DNA from: Nemertoderma westbladi
Lineage: Eukaryota > Animalia > Xenacoelomorpha
Assembly (NCBI GenBank): GCA_032718475.1
Contig: JAUCBJ010007491.1
Coordinates: forward strand, 1-46,239
Length of the DNA: 46,239 nucleotides
Direction: 5' to 3'
Shown here: positions 11,927 through 24,510 of the stretch, in pieces
Layout of the letters: every line of letters starts with the position of its first letter
Position numbering within the stretch: the stretch's first letter is position 1
Made by a program: the position numbers and the translations under genes
The notes under the pieces: generated by a model
Databases searched by the model: none
What the model was told of the DNA's origin: nothing
Seen by the model: only the letters and a program-made list of their open reading frames with translations

Positions 11927-14125
11927 TGAAATCAAATACCAAAAATATATTTATTATATGAACAATCTATTTGGAAATTGTAAGTTCGGCCTATATCTTT
12001 ACCATAAGCTCAGTATCTTTATCTGGTGTGTTTTTATTATTTTACCAATTATTTAATATGTTTGATAGAATTGAACAACACCGCCCAACACAACCAACTC
12101 TCTATCCGCCTCGAGCATCGAGAATACGAGAAACTCGATCGAAATACCTGCTTATCCCAGTAGTATCCGTCCGTAGTCACCGGACCGCTGCGGTTTACTC
12201 CCGTAGAACAGTAGAATTCCCGCAGCTTCCGACCCAATTCGACAACGAATTCGCTTCACACTTTCGCGTCACAGAGAACGTAATCCAGTGCGATAACGTC
12301 TGCCCAACGTTCAACCATTTCCCCCAGGCGATCCCAGGATCCGGGCCGCCGCTAAACCCAGATCGCAATCCTCGTCGATTCGTCCAGTCGTCGACGTTAT
12401 GTCAGTAAGTGGGACTCTTCCCACCGCACTCCAAGGTGGGTGACCGGAGTGAGGCATGAGGAACTTGGCAGTGGCCCGCATTACGATCTGACTGACCGCC
12501 GTATTCCCAGTGTCTGAGTGTAGTAAATACCCAAATAGAATCGTACTGACAAACAAGCAATTCCGTAGTATTCCCCCGTTAATCACCTCTTGAAGCAACT
12601 CGGCTGCTCGGGTCCAGATACATCGGACTGTCGGGAGCGTTTCAGACAGTAATGGAGCGGCATTTGCGAATATTTCCAATGGTTTTATAATAAATAAGGG
12701 GATTCAACAGTTCAATGCTAAAACAAATGGATTATTCCTAACCCCACCCCAATACAGCAATATACCTAACAGTATATAGCTTTGCAGGATTCTCGATTCA
12801 GGGATTGAGTACAGCCTGACAGTACCGGTACACATGGTAGGCCTACATGCAGAATTGCAAAATTTGTCAGAAAACCCAGCTGATTTATCCTACAGTAATA
12901 ATAATTTAACGCATTTTAAATTTGGATAAACAAATGTATTATAACTGCAATAACAGTTACACTGATGCTGCACGAAGGCCCCACGCAAATTCTACTTGGA
13001 AAATTTTCAAACTTTTGCCAAACAACATGTGTACCAAGTTTGGATAGATTTCATCAAGGATTGGCCGAGTTATTAACGTTTAAAATAAAATACTGAAAAA
13101 AAAACGCGACAGAACGACAGAACGACAGAACGACAGGTTGATTAATGGTACCACTACGCTAAGGCTCACTCACTTCGTGGCTCGCCCCACAATTATTATT
13201 AGATGAGAGTACAGTGTAATATAGTACTTAACACACTGTTCATGCAACTGGTATGGGTAACATTACTAATTATCTTTGGGTCGAGTGTGAAGGCCATCAG
13301 CTGTGTGAAATAATAAACACACAGTTCAACTTTGCCAGAGAGTGGTAAGGGTCTAAACAAACAGCATGGGTGAACTAAGTACAGTAATATTGGCAACATC
13401 ATCAATTGTTACTAAGCCTTTATAGAAATCCATTAAACCATTTTTCATTGTGAGCAGCTGTAAACTAATGTCTAAATACATATAATTTCGCAACAAAATA
13501 ATGTCAAAAAACGAAATATATTGAATACCACACATAGAATCGATCTGAATTTTTGTAACACTATTACGAACCACCAAAGCAATGTACTTGCAAAGTTTCA
13601 TAAGAAAACGCCAGGCAGGAAGGAACTGCCTGAACCTGGATTATTATCAGTGTCAGTCAGTCAGTGTTATATGACCTGAGATTTTACCTCGTCTCAAACC
13701 TCGTCTTAAAAGTGTGACGCAACCTCAAAATTTCAAATTCATTCACCAGTATTTTATTTGAAATAAATTATCAATATAATCCGATCATAAACGGCCACCC
13801 TTGTTTCAATTATTTAAGAACCATTTCAAATACATGTAAAACATCGATTTACACCATCTGTGTTATTGTACTTGACAGGGGAAACGTTTTAGAGAAAAGC
13901 GATGTCTAATCAGTCCATTAAAAGTTACTGACTGGATCAATATGAAATACAATACGCGGCTGGAATTTGGTCGATTTTTCTGGACCTACCGTTGTACAAG
14001 TAGACAACGGTATCTGTCGATCGTTGTACCAGCTTGAGTTTAGCAGTACTAAAATAGGATATTTCTTTTTATATTGATCCAAATAAATTTGTGATAGACA
14101 GATATTCATCACAATACATAATTTC

Positions 14126-16683
14126 GGGTGACTACAAAACAAAGGCACAAGACCCAATTATAAAGCCATGCACAATCTTGCAATTGTTAACTCTCGTTTA
14201 TTGTTTTGGTTACCCCTCACCTCGCCTCTGTTACAGAGTGCTCCTTTACTAACCTGCTACTTTAAATTCTTAAGGTACCGGCAAGCCGACTTCAGAGGGG
14301 TTCATGTTCAAACATTACAAATTGGGGTCTACCCTCGTTTCTAAAACATCGTCACATTAATATAATATCTAATATATTTATGCCTCTAGGGCCATCATCA
14401 GAGAAACAAACCACCGAACTATACTACACTAGCCTACCTGCTAATCAATCTGAAATATCAAACTGAAATTTAAATTTTGTTACTTCCTAAACTATATTTG
14501 TATATGCTAATACTAGTCTGTCATTTTCTGTACTAAACTACTATTACATAAACCACTACACCTGTGCGTGCGCTGATCGATATTGCAACGAGGCCTACCT
14601 CGATATCAAATCTGCGTTCTCAAGAGTCTGTCGGCTGTACGGCAGTACAGTGCTGTGCACGCCCCACTGTTCACTGCTTGAATGTCAGTATAGCAGTATG
14701 GTTCCAAATCAGGGTAGGCCTACGTATGTTACAGTATGTTTGTACTTAAAATACGCAATAATTTTTATTGTCCGTTTAAATCCTTTTTTTGTCCTTTTTT
14801 TTTATTTTTTATGTCCTCCAAAAGTCTAATGTTAGGTTCCATGCTACCGGTTTCTCTACTGCTGTTCTCTCAGGCTATCAGTACCGGTATTAGTATATAT
14901 AGCACTATTTTGCTGTATTGTATGTACAGATGTAGGTATAAAGCAGGTATTTCTGTATTATAGTACCGGTACCGGCACCGGTACTGCTATAGGCCTACTG
15001 TGTAGCCTACCATTTAAATACGGTAATGGTAGGCCTACCGGTTGTGCTAATAAATTTTAAATAATTGATAGGCCAAACTGGATTGCAGGATTGTGGAAAA
15101 TGTGGATATACCTTTCACATAATTTAGGCCTATTACTGTATTAGTTGTATCGTCTCTGTAACCTGCTCCTTTCCCTCAATTAGTTAAATGATCGTTTATT
15201 GTTTTGGTTAGAAAATCCCGCCTCTGTAACCTGCCCCTTTCCCTCAATTAGTTAAATGATCGTTTATTGTTTTGGTTAGAAAATCCCGCCTCTGTAACCT
15301 GCTCCTTTCCCTGAATTGGTAAAGTGACCGTTTATTGTTTTGGTTAGAAAGGCCCGCCTCTTTAACCTGCCCCTTTCCCTCAATTAGTTAAATGATCGTT
15401 TATTGTTTTGGTTAGAAAATCCCGCCTCTGTAACCTGCTCCTTTCCCTCAATTAGTTAAGTGATCGTTTATTGTTTTTGTTAGAAAATTCCGCCTCTGTA
15501 ACCTGTCCCTTTCCCTCAATTAGTTAAATGATCGTTTATTGTTTTGGTTAGAAAATCCCGCCTCTGTAACCTGCTCCTTTCCCTCAATAAGTTAAGTGAT
15601 CGTTTATTGTTTTGGTTAGAAAATCCCGCCTCTGTAACCTGCTCCTTTCCCTCAATTAGTTAAGTGATCGTTTATTGTTTTGGTTAGAAAATCCCGTCTA
15701 TGTAACCTGCTCCTTTCCCTGATTTGGTAAAGTGACTGTTTATTGTTTTGGTTAGAAAACTCGGCCTTAACCTGCTCCTTTCCATCAATTGGTAATTGTT
15801 TTTGGCTATAAAATGAGTGTTTTGCTACGTCATGTGGTAATCGATTATCGACAACAACCACAAACTATTAAATATAGAGTCTTTTTACCACAGGCGCATA
15901 TGGAAATCTATCTCATAGTCTATAAATCATGGAATCATGGAATGTTTTGGCACAGGCATAGTGAAATCAACTGTCTGACAGTCCAGAAATCAGCAGTCTG
16001 ACAGTTTGAAGAAATACATACATAAAAAGTCATTAAAAGGACAATAAAAGTCATTAAAAGGACAACAAAAGTCATTATGCATAATTCGTAAAAAAAAAAT
16101 GACAAAAAAGTCAAATAAAAGGACATAAAAAATCACTGCCCTTAAAATACGGGGTTGACCAAAAACCAAAATAAAAATACAGTATAAGACGTCATTTACA
16201 AAAATTGAAAACGAAAACAAAATAAAGGTAACAGAAAACACAAAACTTAATCAGCAGGAACATTTAGGTAAGAGTACAGTATATGTAGCTATAAGGTTTG
16301 GGAATTAGCACCGTGACTGAGCATTTCCACTATAGATTGCGTACAAACAATAAATGAAGGTACAGTACAAATTTTTTTTTTAAATATATTAAATATTATA
16401 TTAATGAGACGATGTTAAACGAGGGTAGACCCCAACTCAGTCCCATTTGCAATGCTACTTTAAAGGGCAATGGGACCTCACGCTCTTTGTGACCTAACGC
16501 GACTTTACCTCTTTGTTTTGTACAGCTTGTATTGTTAGGTCCCATTGCCATTTAAAGGAGCAGGTTCGTAAAGGAGCAGGTTACAGAGGCGTGTTGGGGG
16601 AACCAAAACAATAAACGAAAGTTAACACGTTTTGTTCAGGTCTTTATTCTTAGGGTCTTTGGTAATTTGTTTTGTAGTCACCC
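14126..16683. mobile_element. Mutator/Foldback-like non-autonomous DNA transposon (2558 bp)
   Basis: Termini GGGTGACTACAAAACAAA / TTTGTTTTGTAGTCACCC; diverged TIRs ~14126-14380 vs ~16380-16683; perfect 9-bp TSD CATAATTTC at 14117-14125 and 16684-16692. Confidence 0.88.
15150..15790 (+). repeat. 68-bp tandem repeat, ~9.5 copies
   Basis: Unit CGCCTCTGTAACCTGCTCCTTTCCCTCAATTAGTTAAATGATCGTTTATTGTTTTGGTTAGAAAATCC; CTGTAACCTG recurs at 15156, 15224, 15292 etc. Confidence 0.97.
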
Positions 16684-18816
16684 CATAATTTCACGTCTGA
16701 GTTGACATTACTTACACTATGGCCCGTAATATAGTATTATTTTTGATGACACGGATCGCTGTTGCCCATACAAACTCATAAAATAAATAACAAAATCTAG
16801 AATTTTGTGTATTTATTAAATTCTCAAATGGCCTACAGCGAACGATAATTCTTCCTTATATTTGAACGCCTATATCTCAGCTGTTTCTCAACGAAATGAA
16901 ATTCAGATATTGTTACATATTAGGAATCCTTGCAACGCGAGCTTTCTATTGATTAACGACTAATGTGCTACAGAGGGTGCGATTTCGCAAAAGACACTTT
17001 TAAAATGCTTATAAAAAAATTAAAGGCAAAATCGAAAATTCCGGCTACATGGTACAGTCCCAATCCCAATAAACATTAACTTGGTCGTTTTGGCGGCCAA
17101 AATGACCAATGAATTTTGTTAATGAAAAAAACATTTTTTTTCGTCATTTTCCAAAGAGGCAAAACAACACACACTGAAATTTAACATCAACTCTAGTCTG
17201 TGTGTGTTGTTTTACCTCTAAGGGTTTTCAACTTTTATGTTGTGAGGGTTGTTCTGGTTTTCCATATCTCATAAACCGACTGACATACAAGTCTAGGATT
17301 TTACCATAAGATGTAGAACGCCATCTTGAGTATTTTGGGTAAAAAAATTTAGTTTGAAAAATTGTGGTATGTGTTGTTCTGGCTCTATGGTCACGATATT
17401 ATACAGTATATTAAAATTTTATTGTATGTTTTATGTATTGTAATTAGTATTATATTAGTTAATAATTTACTGTAATATTAAACAATTCTGTGTCTTGCTT
17501 TCAGTTGTAGGTAATGGTGCTTTTTGCATTAATTTTTGAGTTTACTCCATTGCTGTAATTAGCACTCGGTTTCTTTATAGTAAATAATTAATAATAATTA
17601 TATGTAAAATATTTAGTTTTTCATGTTATTTTTTACCCGTTGGTAAACGGCCCTTTTTATTACTCAGCCCACAGCCCTGATAACCTTAATCCGGCCCTGT
17701 AGTAACAGCTGAACAGATGTAGCCTCGGGATCGGTACCACGCACGCACTAGGAACCTACCCAACGTTAGACCGAAACCGAACTGGCTACGAGTTGTCAGT
17801 TGGATTACTGCCTACCAGTCCAACATTGTTGATGTTTTCAGTTGTTGGTTGTTCGATTTTTTCTTTGTAGGATATCTTAAGATCTTCACACTTACAAGTA
17901 ACCTCAGATTCTTGCCATGGGCGGGCTTCTATTATATTATGTTACATTGAATCGGTAGACTGGTTTCTTCATCTATTGACTGAAGTACTTCAAAGCGGTG
18001 TATAATAATTATCTATTAGTTGCCTATAATATCTGTCTATAGATCTCTAAAATAATTATTATAATTCGATATAATGACACACTTGCATTCTAAATGATAA
18101 ATCATTTACAATTGTAATGGTAACAAGAAACAGTTGTTGTCGGCATGTTGTTGGTAAGTAGTTTTTATTTGCATATACAATATACATACAGTAGGCCTAC
18201 AGTTATTTCTTTCAGAACACTGACACGGGTCTGCTGTATTTTGTGGGTATCTTTTACATTTGTTTACAGGTAATTATCGCCGAATTTGCATAAAGTAATA
18301 TTACAAGGAAATAAAATTGTGTAAAAATATCCTTCTGACCGTGACCCCAAGATGTATATTTGCTGATCAATAGTTGGAGTTCTAGGCGAATTATATATAC
18401 ATTTTTTATACATATATATACATATACGTTATAGGGATATAAAGCTTACTTTATTTTTATGTAGGCCTAATAAATAATTTTATTCCTATATATTAACTTA
18501 TTGTGTTGAGTATCTGTACATACATGTAATCCCATTTCGCATACAAGCCAAGATTTCTTGCAGCAATAAAATTATATCTAAAATTGATTCTTAAAGATAT
18601 TTTCTCAAAGATAATTTCACAAGTATGTTAAATTCCTGTCAGTGTATGTGACTCTAAATATTCTTTCACAAATAATATGAGAATGAGTAATTGATTGAAA
18701 TGAATCAGATATGGTATATTTCAAAATTTGATATTTTCCCCAAATTCGTCTTCCCCATCTTAATATTATATTCATTTTAAAATTATATTTTGATTACAAA
18801 TAAAGTTTCTGTGAAA

Positions 18817-18930
18817 ATGTTAAAATTATTGGTATTTACAACATTAGTTGTAGTTGGATACAGTTTGAGGTGTAACCATGCGGTATCAGAAGAATTAATA
18901 GTTATCAAAGATGGATGCGAAGTTTGCTTG
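18817..18930 (+). CDS. Secreted three-finger (Ly6/uPAR-like) protein, coding exon 1
   Basis: AAAATG start; MLKLLVFTTLVVVGYS (signal-peptide-like) then LRCNHAVSEELIVIKDGCEVCL; ends at a phase-0 donor GTAAGC (18931). Too short for the ORF track. Confidence 0.85.
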
Positions 18931-19313
18931 GTAAGCATGTAATACAGTACCATGTCCCATTATATTACATTTCATAAATATTATCATTACATTATTATGG
19001 TGAAGGGCAAATATTACAAACCAGACAATTTTGGTTATTTTATATACTTAATGGTTCAGTATAATTATACATAGGTCAACGTCCTATCGCAACTCCAACC
19101 GAGAAAAGTTAAATATTCTAAAATAATTAATATTTTTAATGTTGATAGGTCGAAATTGCCCCAAGTTGGAATTGTCCTAACTTAGCCTATAGGTTACACG
19201 AAATTTAATGTTAGCATCCAATTTAGTTAAAAAGTATTATTAAATATTTCAAGGGCTAAGTTAGTGCCGTCATTGTCAATTATCATAATTCACAAACAGA
19301 TATGTATGACTAA

Positions 19314-20818
19314 CACGTTCGTGGGGCCATCGCGCAGGACGAGGCTCAGTTATCAGATACAGATTAAAATTGAGCGACTGTATCACAGAATCAGGTTTTG
19401 AGAAATTTACCCACACCACCAATCAATCAAAGAAAGGGGGACAGTACGTGTTCACACCTTTTAATCTGCAACCCCCCCCCCCCTCCCTTCCCACCCACCA
19501 GTACTTTATAACTACAGATGCCTTCAATAGGCGAAGCCAGGTATGGTTTATAGGAATATAATCAACGCAGTAGGCAGTACTCGTCTTCATTATTATAAAC
19601 GTCGTTGTGCTCGTCCTGTTTTGTATTTAAACATATTTCCTAAACGCAGACTGACGGGCGATCTTTATAACTACTGATGCGTTCAATAGGCGCAGCCAGG
19701 TATGGTTAATAGGTATATAGTCTACACAGTACTCGTCTTCATTATATGCCTCGTAGCGCTCGTCGCTCGTCCTGTTTTGCATTAAAATATTTTTCCTAAA
19801 CCAAGACTGACGATCTTTATACAGTTATAACTATGCGAAGTTTCGAAACTGTGCGAGTAACTGCTGATACATTATGTGGAGATGTGTGATACAACGCCAA
19901 CGCATCGTATGCCGATGTAGTAATATGGGTATTGAAATAATATTAAATCAATGTACACACTTAAAGCTGCAGCGAAAAAATGTAGATAATTTCCTAGGTT
20001 ATATATAAAATAATAATATTATTTTTAAGAACATTAATTTTACTACTTTGCAAAAATTCAATTAAAAAATAACCAGACGAATATATTGCGGAATAAACTA
20101 TTTCAGATATAAGCCTACAACAGTCATTATATCTTCTGTCACCTGAGATAGTAAGTAATACAACATTTATAGTATAGAGTCAATAGGAATTGAAATAGAG
20201 GCAGTGTATGGTTGGAGTTATGTCTGGGTTGCTATAGCAATACTACTGACTGCCTATTACAGTACAATTCCCCTCTGGTAAGGCTACACCAACATCTCCC
20301 ACCCAGCTAGCAGCTCTACACCCCCGCAGAGACTATGTTGACCAATAATGGGCAGGATTAAATTTGTACTCAATAATTGTGCCGATTTAATTACGTTTAG
20401 ATCAATTAAAGACACATTTATTAAAGCAAATCACTTGAACTAATTAAAAACTATAATAGAATGGTGTATGGGGATTACATCTGTATAATTTTTAAGTATA
20501 ATTATTTAAATCTTATACTGTAAAATAATTACTTTCCGTTAACAGGCGGGTTGAAAATGCAGTTTTTACCGTAATCAAATTAATTAACTAATTAACTGCT
20601 ATTATCTTAGCTTCTCGAAGGCCACACGGAAATTAAACTTGGAAAATTTCTAAACTTCTGCCAAACAACATGTGTACCAAGTTTGGATAGATTTCATCGA
20701 AGATTGGCCGAGTTATTAACGTTTAAAATTGAACACTGCAAAAAAAAAAGCGACAGAACGACAGGTTGATTAATGGCACCCCTACGCTAAGGCTCACTCA
20801 CTTCGTGGCTCGCCCCAC
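19314..20818 (-). mobile_element. HINE copy B (short), followed by a second diverged terminus to 20926
   Basis: First ~300 bp and last ~210 bp align with the ends of copy A; extra GCTCGCCCCAC end at 20916-20926. Confidence 0.75.
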
Positions 20819-21073
20819 AACAGAACGACAGAAAAACAGATCGACAGATCAACAGAACATCAGACACACCGATTGAGTTAGTGTTACCTGTATGCTAAGC
20901 TCGCTTACTTTCGTCGCTCGCCCCACAACTAATAACCTTCGTGCTGTTTTATTCCCAATCCTTACACTAGCAGGAACACCAATCCTTACATGATTTCAAC
21001 GTCCAATCAACGTGTTGTTCTTTAACCAATCACAGGTGTCAATTAAAGAGGTGTTCTTACAACAATACCGTTA

Positions 21074-21570
21074 CACGTCCGTGGGGCCTTCGCGCAGCAC
21101 GATACTGAGATATAATCCCAGTACTTGTTTGCGGTACTGCTTCGTTAGCTTGCCAACTGTTCTATTTAAGCAATGCTTATAGGACACTTACAGCTTACAG
21201 TTTATGATAATCCCCCCCCCCCCCCCCTCCCTTGCTGCAGTCAGAGGAACTATAGAAGTCTGTCTGTGTGACTGTGAGTATCACTTCTAATTAAGCAATG
21301 CACGTCCGGTAGGTCACGCTTTTCAGTTTCAGATTAATCTAATGGTTGGTTCTATAAATACAGCAACTTCTACGTTTGTGATAATTCTCCCCCTAGCGGT
21401 AGATAGAGGAACTATAAACTAAGGAAATAAACTAAGGAACTGTAGAATTTCTAAACTTTTCGTAGTCTACATGTGTACCAAGTTTGGTTTAATTTCATCA
21501 AGGAATGACTGAGTTATTAGCGATCAAAAATTGGACGACGACGACAGACAACTTGTTAATGGTAGCCCTT
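21074..21570 (-). mobile_element. HINE copy C (diverged, partial)
   Basis: Starts CACGTCCGTGGGGCCTTCGCGCAGCACG; ends with CATGTGTACCAAGTTTGG and (GAC)n blocks shared with copies A and B. Confidence 0.65.
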
Positions 21571-21992
21571 TAGTTAGTTATTGTAGTTCGTTCCTACTGT
21601 ACAACAATACCTTTACAGATAGTATAAAACAACGAGAGACTTTAATATTTAACTTAAGGGAGACTCTAATACATTGATGATTTAAAGTTCTCTCTATATT
21701 AAGGGAGACTTTAATTCAATGAGTCGAATTAAAATCTCATATAATGGGAGACATAAATTAACTGTATAATTTAAAATATTCTATAAAAGGGAGACATTAA
21801 TTCTAAATAGATGATAAAAATGTTAGGGAATATAAAAACCAAATGTATGCCATAGTTATTAGGCATATTTATGTGAATTGTAATTTATTGACCGCGACGG
21901 CACTTAGCCCTTGAAATAAATTTAATCATTTAATTCATTATAAATTATACATAACGAATTTAAATAAGAGTAATATTTGATTGTTATTTCAG

Positions 21993-22187
21993 GCTGTGGA
22001 CATAGAAGACGAATCTGGAAACGAAAACGATATGATATTGTGTATACCAAAACAAACCTATACAACCTACCACTATAAAGAATATTGCGATATTATAGAA
22101 AAAAGCTTTTGCGATAGAACATATACAAACTATAATTGCAAAGTCATTTGCTGCCATTTTGACCTTTGCAACAAAATTGCAATTTAA
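21993..22187 (+). CDS. Secreted three-finger (Ly6/uPAR-like) protein, coding exon 2
   Basis: Acceptor TTGTTATTTCAG, phase 0; AVDIEDE...CKVICCHFDLCNKIAI*; the CCxxxxCN terminal motif is the LU/three-finger hallmark. The ORF-track start at 21981 is intronic. Confidence 0.88.
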   Translation, partial: AVDIEDESGNENDMILCIPKQTYTTYHYKEYCDIIEKSFCDRTYTNYNCKVICCHFDLCNKIAI

Positions 22188-23699
22188 CTATTTTAAATAC
22201 AGTATGTTGGCATGACTACATACTACTTGTGTTGCTAGACGATGGAAAGCAATATATAATGGAGTATTATTGGTTTTTGTGTCTACAGTAGTGTAGGCTT
22301 ACAAAAGCATTTTTATTATATATCTTATATCTAGGCTCTCTATCTATGCTGTCTATATCTAGGCTCTCTATCTATGCTGTCTATATCTATTTCTCAGTTA
22401 TATTAATAACTGACAAATTATCTTAGCAATTTATTGGGTAAATTTTAATTTTAATTTTTCCTTTTCATTTGTTATTTATTTTTTCTGTTGTCATGTAGCA
22501 AGAGAATTCAAATTGCATTGCTTTATGCTATTGTGTAATTTTTGGTGTATGTTAAAAGCCGACTTAAAAGCCCAAAGGCATTCATTTGCTATGGTTGTTG
22601 TTATTAAATTATTAAATTGGTTTGTTAGTTATATTAATGAGTATAGGTATTAATTATAGTAAGTGTGGTACATATTTAATTCTTATTTAAAGTTCTATGT
22701 GTTTAGGTGCAGACAGTAAGATAGCCAGGGGCTGACTGGTATGGAAAGAAGGTTCGAATTCAGGTGATTTCCATAACCTTAAGAAGTTCATTTTTTATTA
22801 ATTTTACTTGGTTCCAATGTGTATAATATCTAAGCAATTATTACTTTTGCTATAAAGATTTGCTAGGTTATATGTGTGTCACGAAATAAGAAATGGAATT
22901 TTTTGAGAGCATAAGATATTGAGTAAATCAAAAGAATGATTATTTTGCACATTTAATTTAAACATATATATTATAAAAGTGTTTCCAGAACTATTATTGA
23001 TTATAATTTTGCTTGTACACAAATGCTAATAAGCAACTGCTAGTTTTAATTATTTCGGCCCATTAATTATTACCTGCAGTAGTCAAGATGAAAATTCAAA
23101 AATTTAATAATACAAGTTGGGCCAACAATCTAATCTTGGGGGGGGGGGTTTAAACAGGCCGATACTTACCTTACTGAACTCCAAGAATCCACATTACTCA
23201 AAATTATGCACTTTTTTTTACAACAAAAGATTATTTGCAACAGGTACTTACTCGAGCTGTAAGTGTAATAAGAAAACTCACTGAACGTGGGTTGCCATTG
23301 CGATATGATAACAGCTACATAGCAGATATGACAACAGCTACAGCTCACTGTAGATGGCCCTATAAAAGCATTGTATCTGGGAATCGTTCGCATCTTATTG
23401 GATAAATAAGTTGGAAGCTGAGGGGGGGGGGGGTAGTTTAAACAGAAAACAGAAAAACCGACATACAAACATAGGTTGCCGTCAAACATGAAAACTGACG
23501 TCAGAAATTAAATCAGCAACCAGGATAACCAACCACCATAACAAAACTTCTAGCTAGGTGGAATGCTTTCATTATATTTTAACAGACGGACAGACAGACA
23601 AACCGACAGACACATATGCTTCTTTTTGTTCTCGTTTTGTTAAGCTATCTGTTCAATTATCTTTTACATCAAAACTCTTTTCTAGGTATGATGATGGTC

Positions 23700-24510
23700 A
23701 TTGTCCAGGTTCCAACCATCACAAACCCGTATAACGCAAGAAACAAGGTGACACAATCAATTGATTTATTTGATGGTTTTCAAAATTTGGTGCTAGCACC
23801 ACATTTTGCACCCACATCCGAAAAATACCAGTTTGAGATGTCTAGTTCGATAATTATATATGCCATTGAATTCAGAACAGCCATAAACCTCTAAAACGCA
23901 AGAAATAAATTGTCACAAGCAATTTTATCTATTGAATGGATTTTCAAAATTTCGTGCTGGCACCAAAATTTGCACACAGCACCGAAAAAATACAAGTTTG
24001 ATACGCTTGGTGCAACTCGTATATATTTTATCGAATCCAGAACCCCAAAAAACCCCAATTGCGTAAAAAACAAGTTTCAAACAATCAATTTACAAAATTG
24101 ACATATTTCAAAATTTGGTGCTGGCACCAAAATTTGGCACCCACCGAAAAAAAAAAACGTTTGAAATTTCTAAATCAATTTATATGAATTCCATCCAATT
24201 TCTAACACCAAAAAACCGGTGTAAATCAAAAATAGAGATGTTACAATTCATATTTAATGAAGTGTAATTTTCAAAAAACGTCTCAAAAAAAGTGCCAAAA
24301 GTAGGGTTAAAAAATGGTGCTATAACTCGAAAAGTACCCAATATTTTTGAAAACGGTTTTCACTACTAGGAAAACAATAGATTTTTAGGAAAAGTCATAA
24401 AATTTCAGATTCCCAACTGCGTTTGTTTCAGAATTATAATAAAAAAACCACGGGGGGGGGGGTCATATTGACCCCCCCCCCCCCCCCCCCCCCGGGTTTA
24501 ATAGGGTTAA
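23700..24510. mobile_element. Non-autonomous element with ~164-bp internal repeats and a piggyBac-like right end
   Basis: CAAAATTT(G/C)GTGCT(A/G)GCACC at 23781, 23945, 24109; end ...CCCGGGTTTAATAGGG|TTAA. Matching left end not found. Confidence 0.5.

Larger units (their letters stand above)
9826..13190 (-). mobile_element. Helentron-associated non-autonomous element (HINE/DINE-1-like), copy A, with cargo
   Basis: Both ends shared with 19314-20818; asymmetric subterminal inverted repeat 9832-9851 vs 12966-12985 (19/20 match); (CGACAGAA)n microsatellite near 13107-13136; terminal hairpin-like GGCTCACTCACTTCGTGGCTCGCCCCAC; A-rich flanks and no TSD. Confidence 0.75.
19250..21913. mobile_element. 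P-element-like MITE filling most of the intron, with nested HINEs
   Basis: TIRs CAAGGGCTAAGT(TAGT)GCCGTC... / ...GACGGCACTTAGCCCTTG extending ~45 bp; imperfect 8-bp flanks AAATATTT/AAATAAAT; GGGAGAC-TTAAT subterminal repeats at ~21635-21800. Confidence 0.65.

Noticed and set aside
15150-15790. CRISPR-like array
   Set aside because: Units are contiguous near-identical 68-mers with no unique spacers and no cas genes; eukaryotic TE context.
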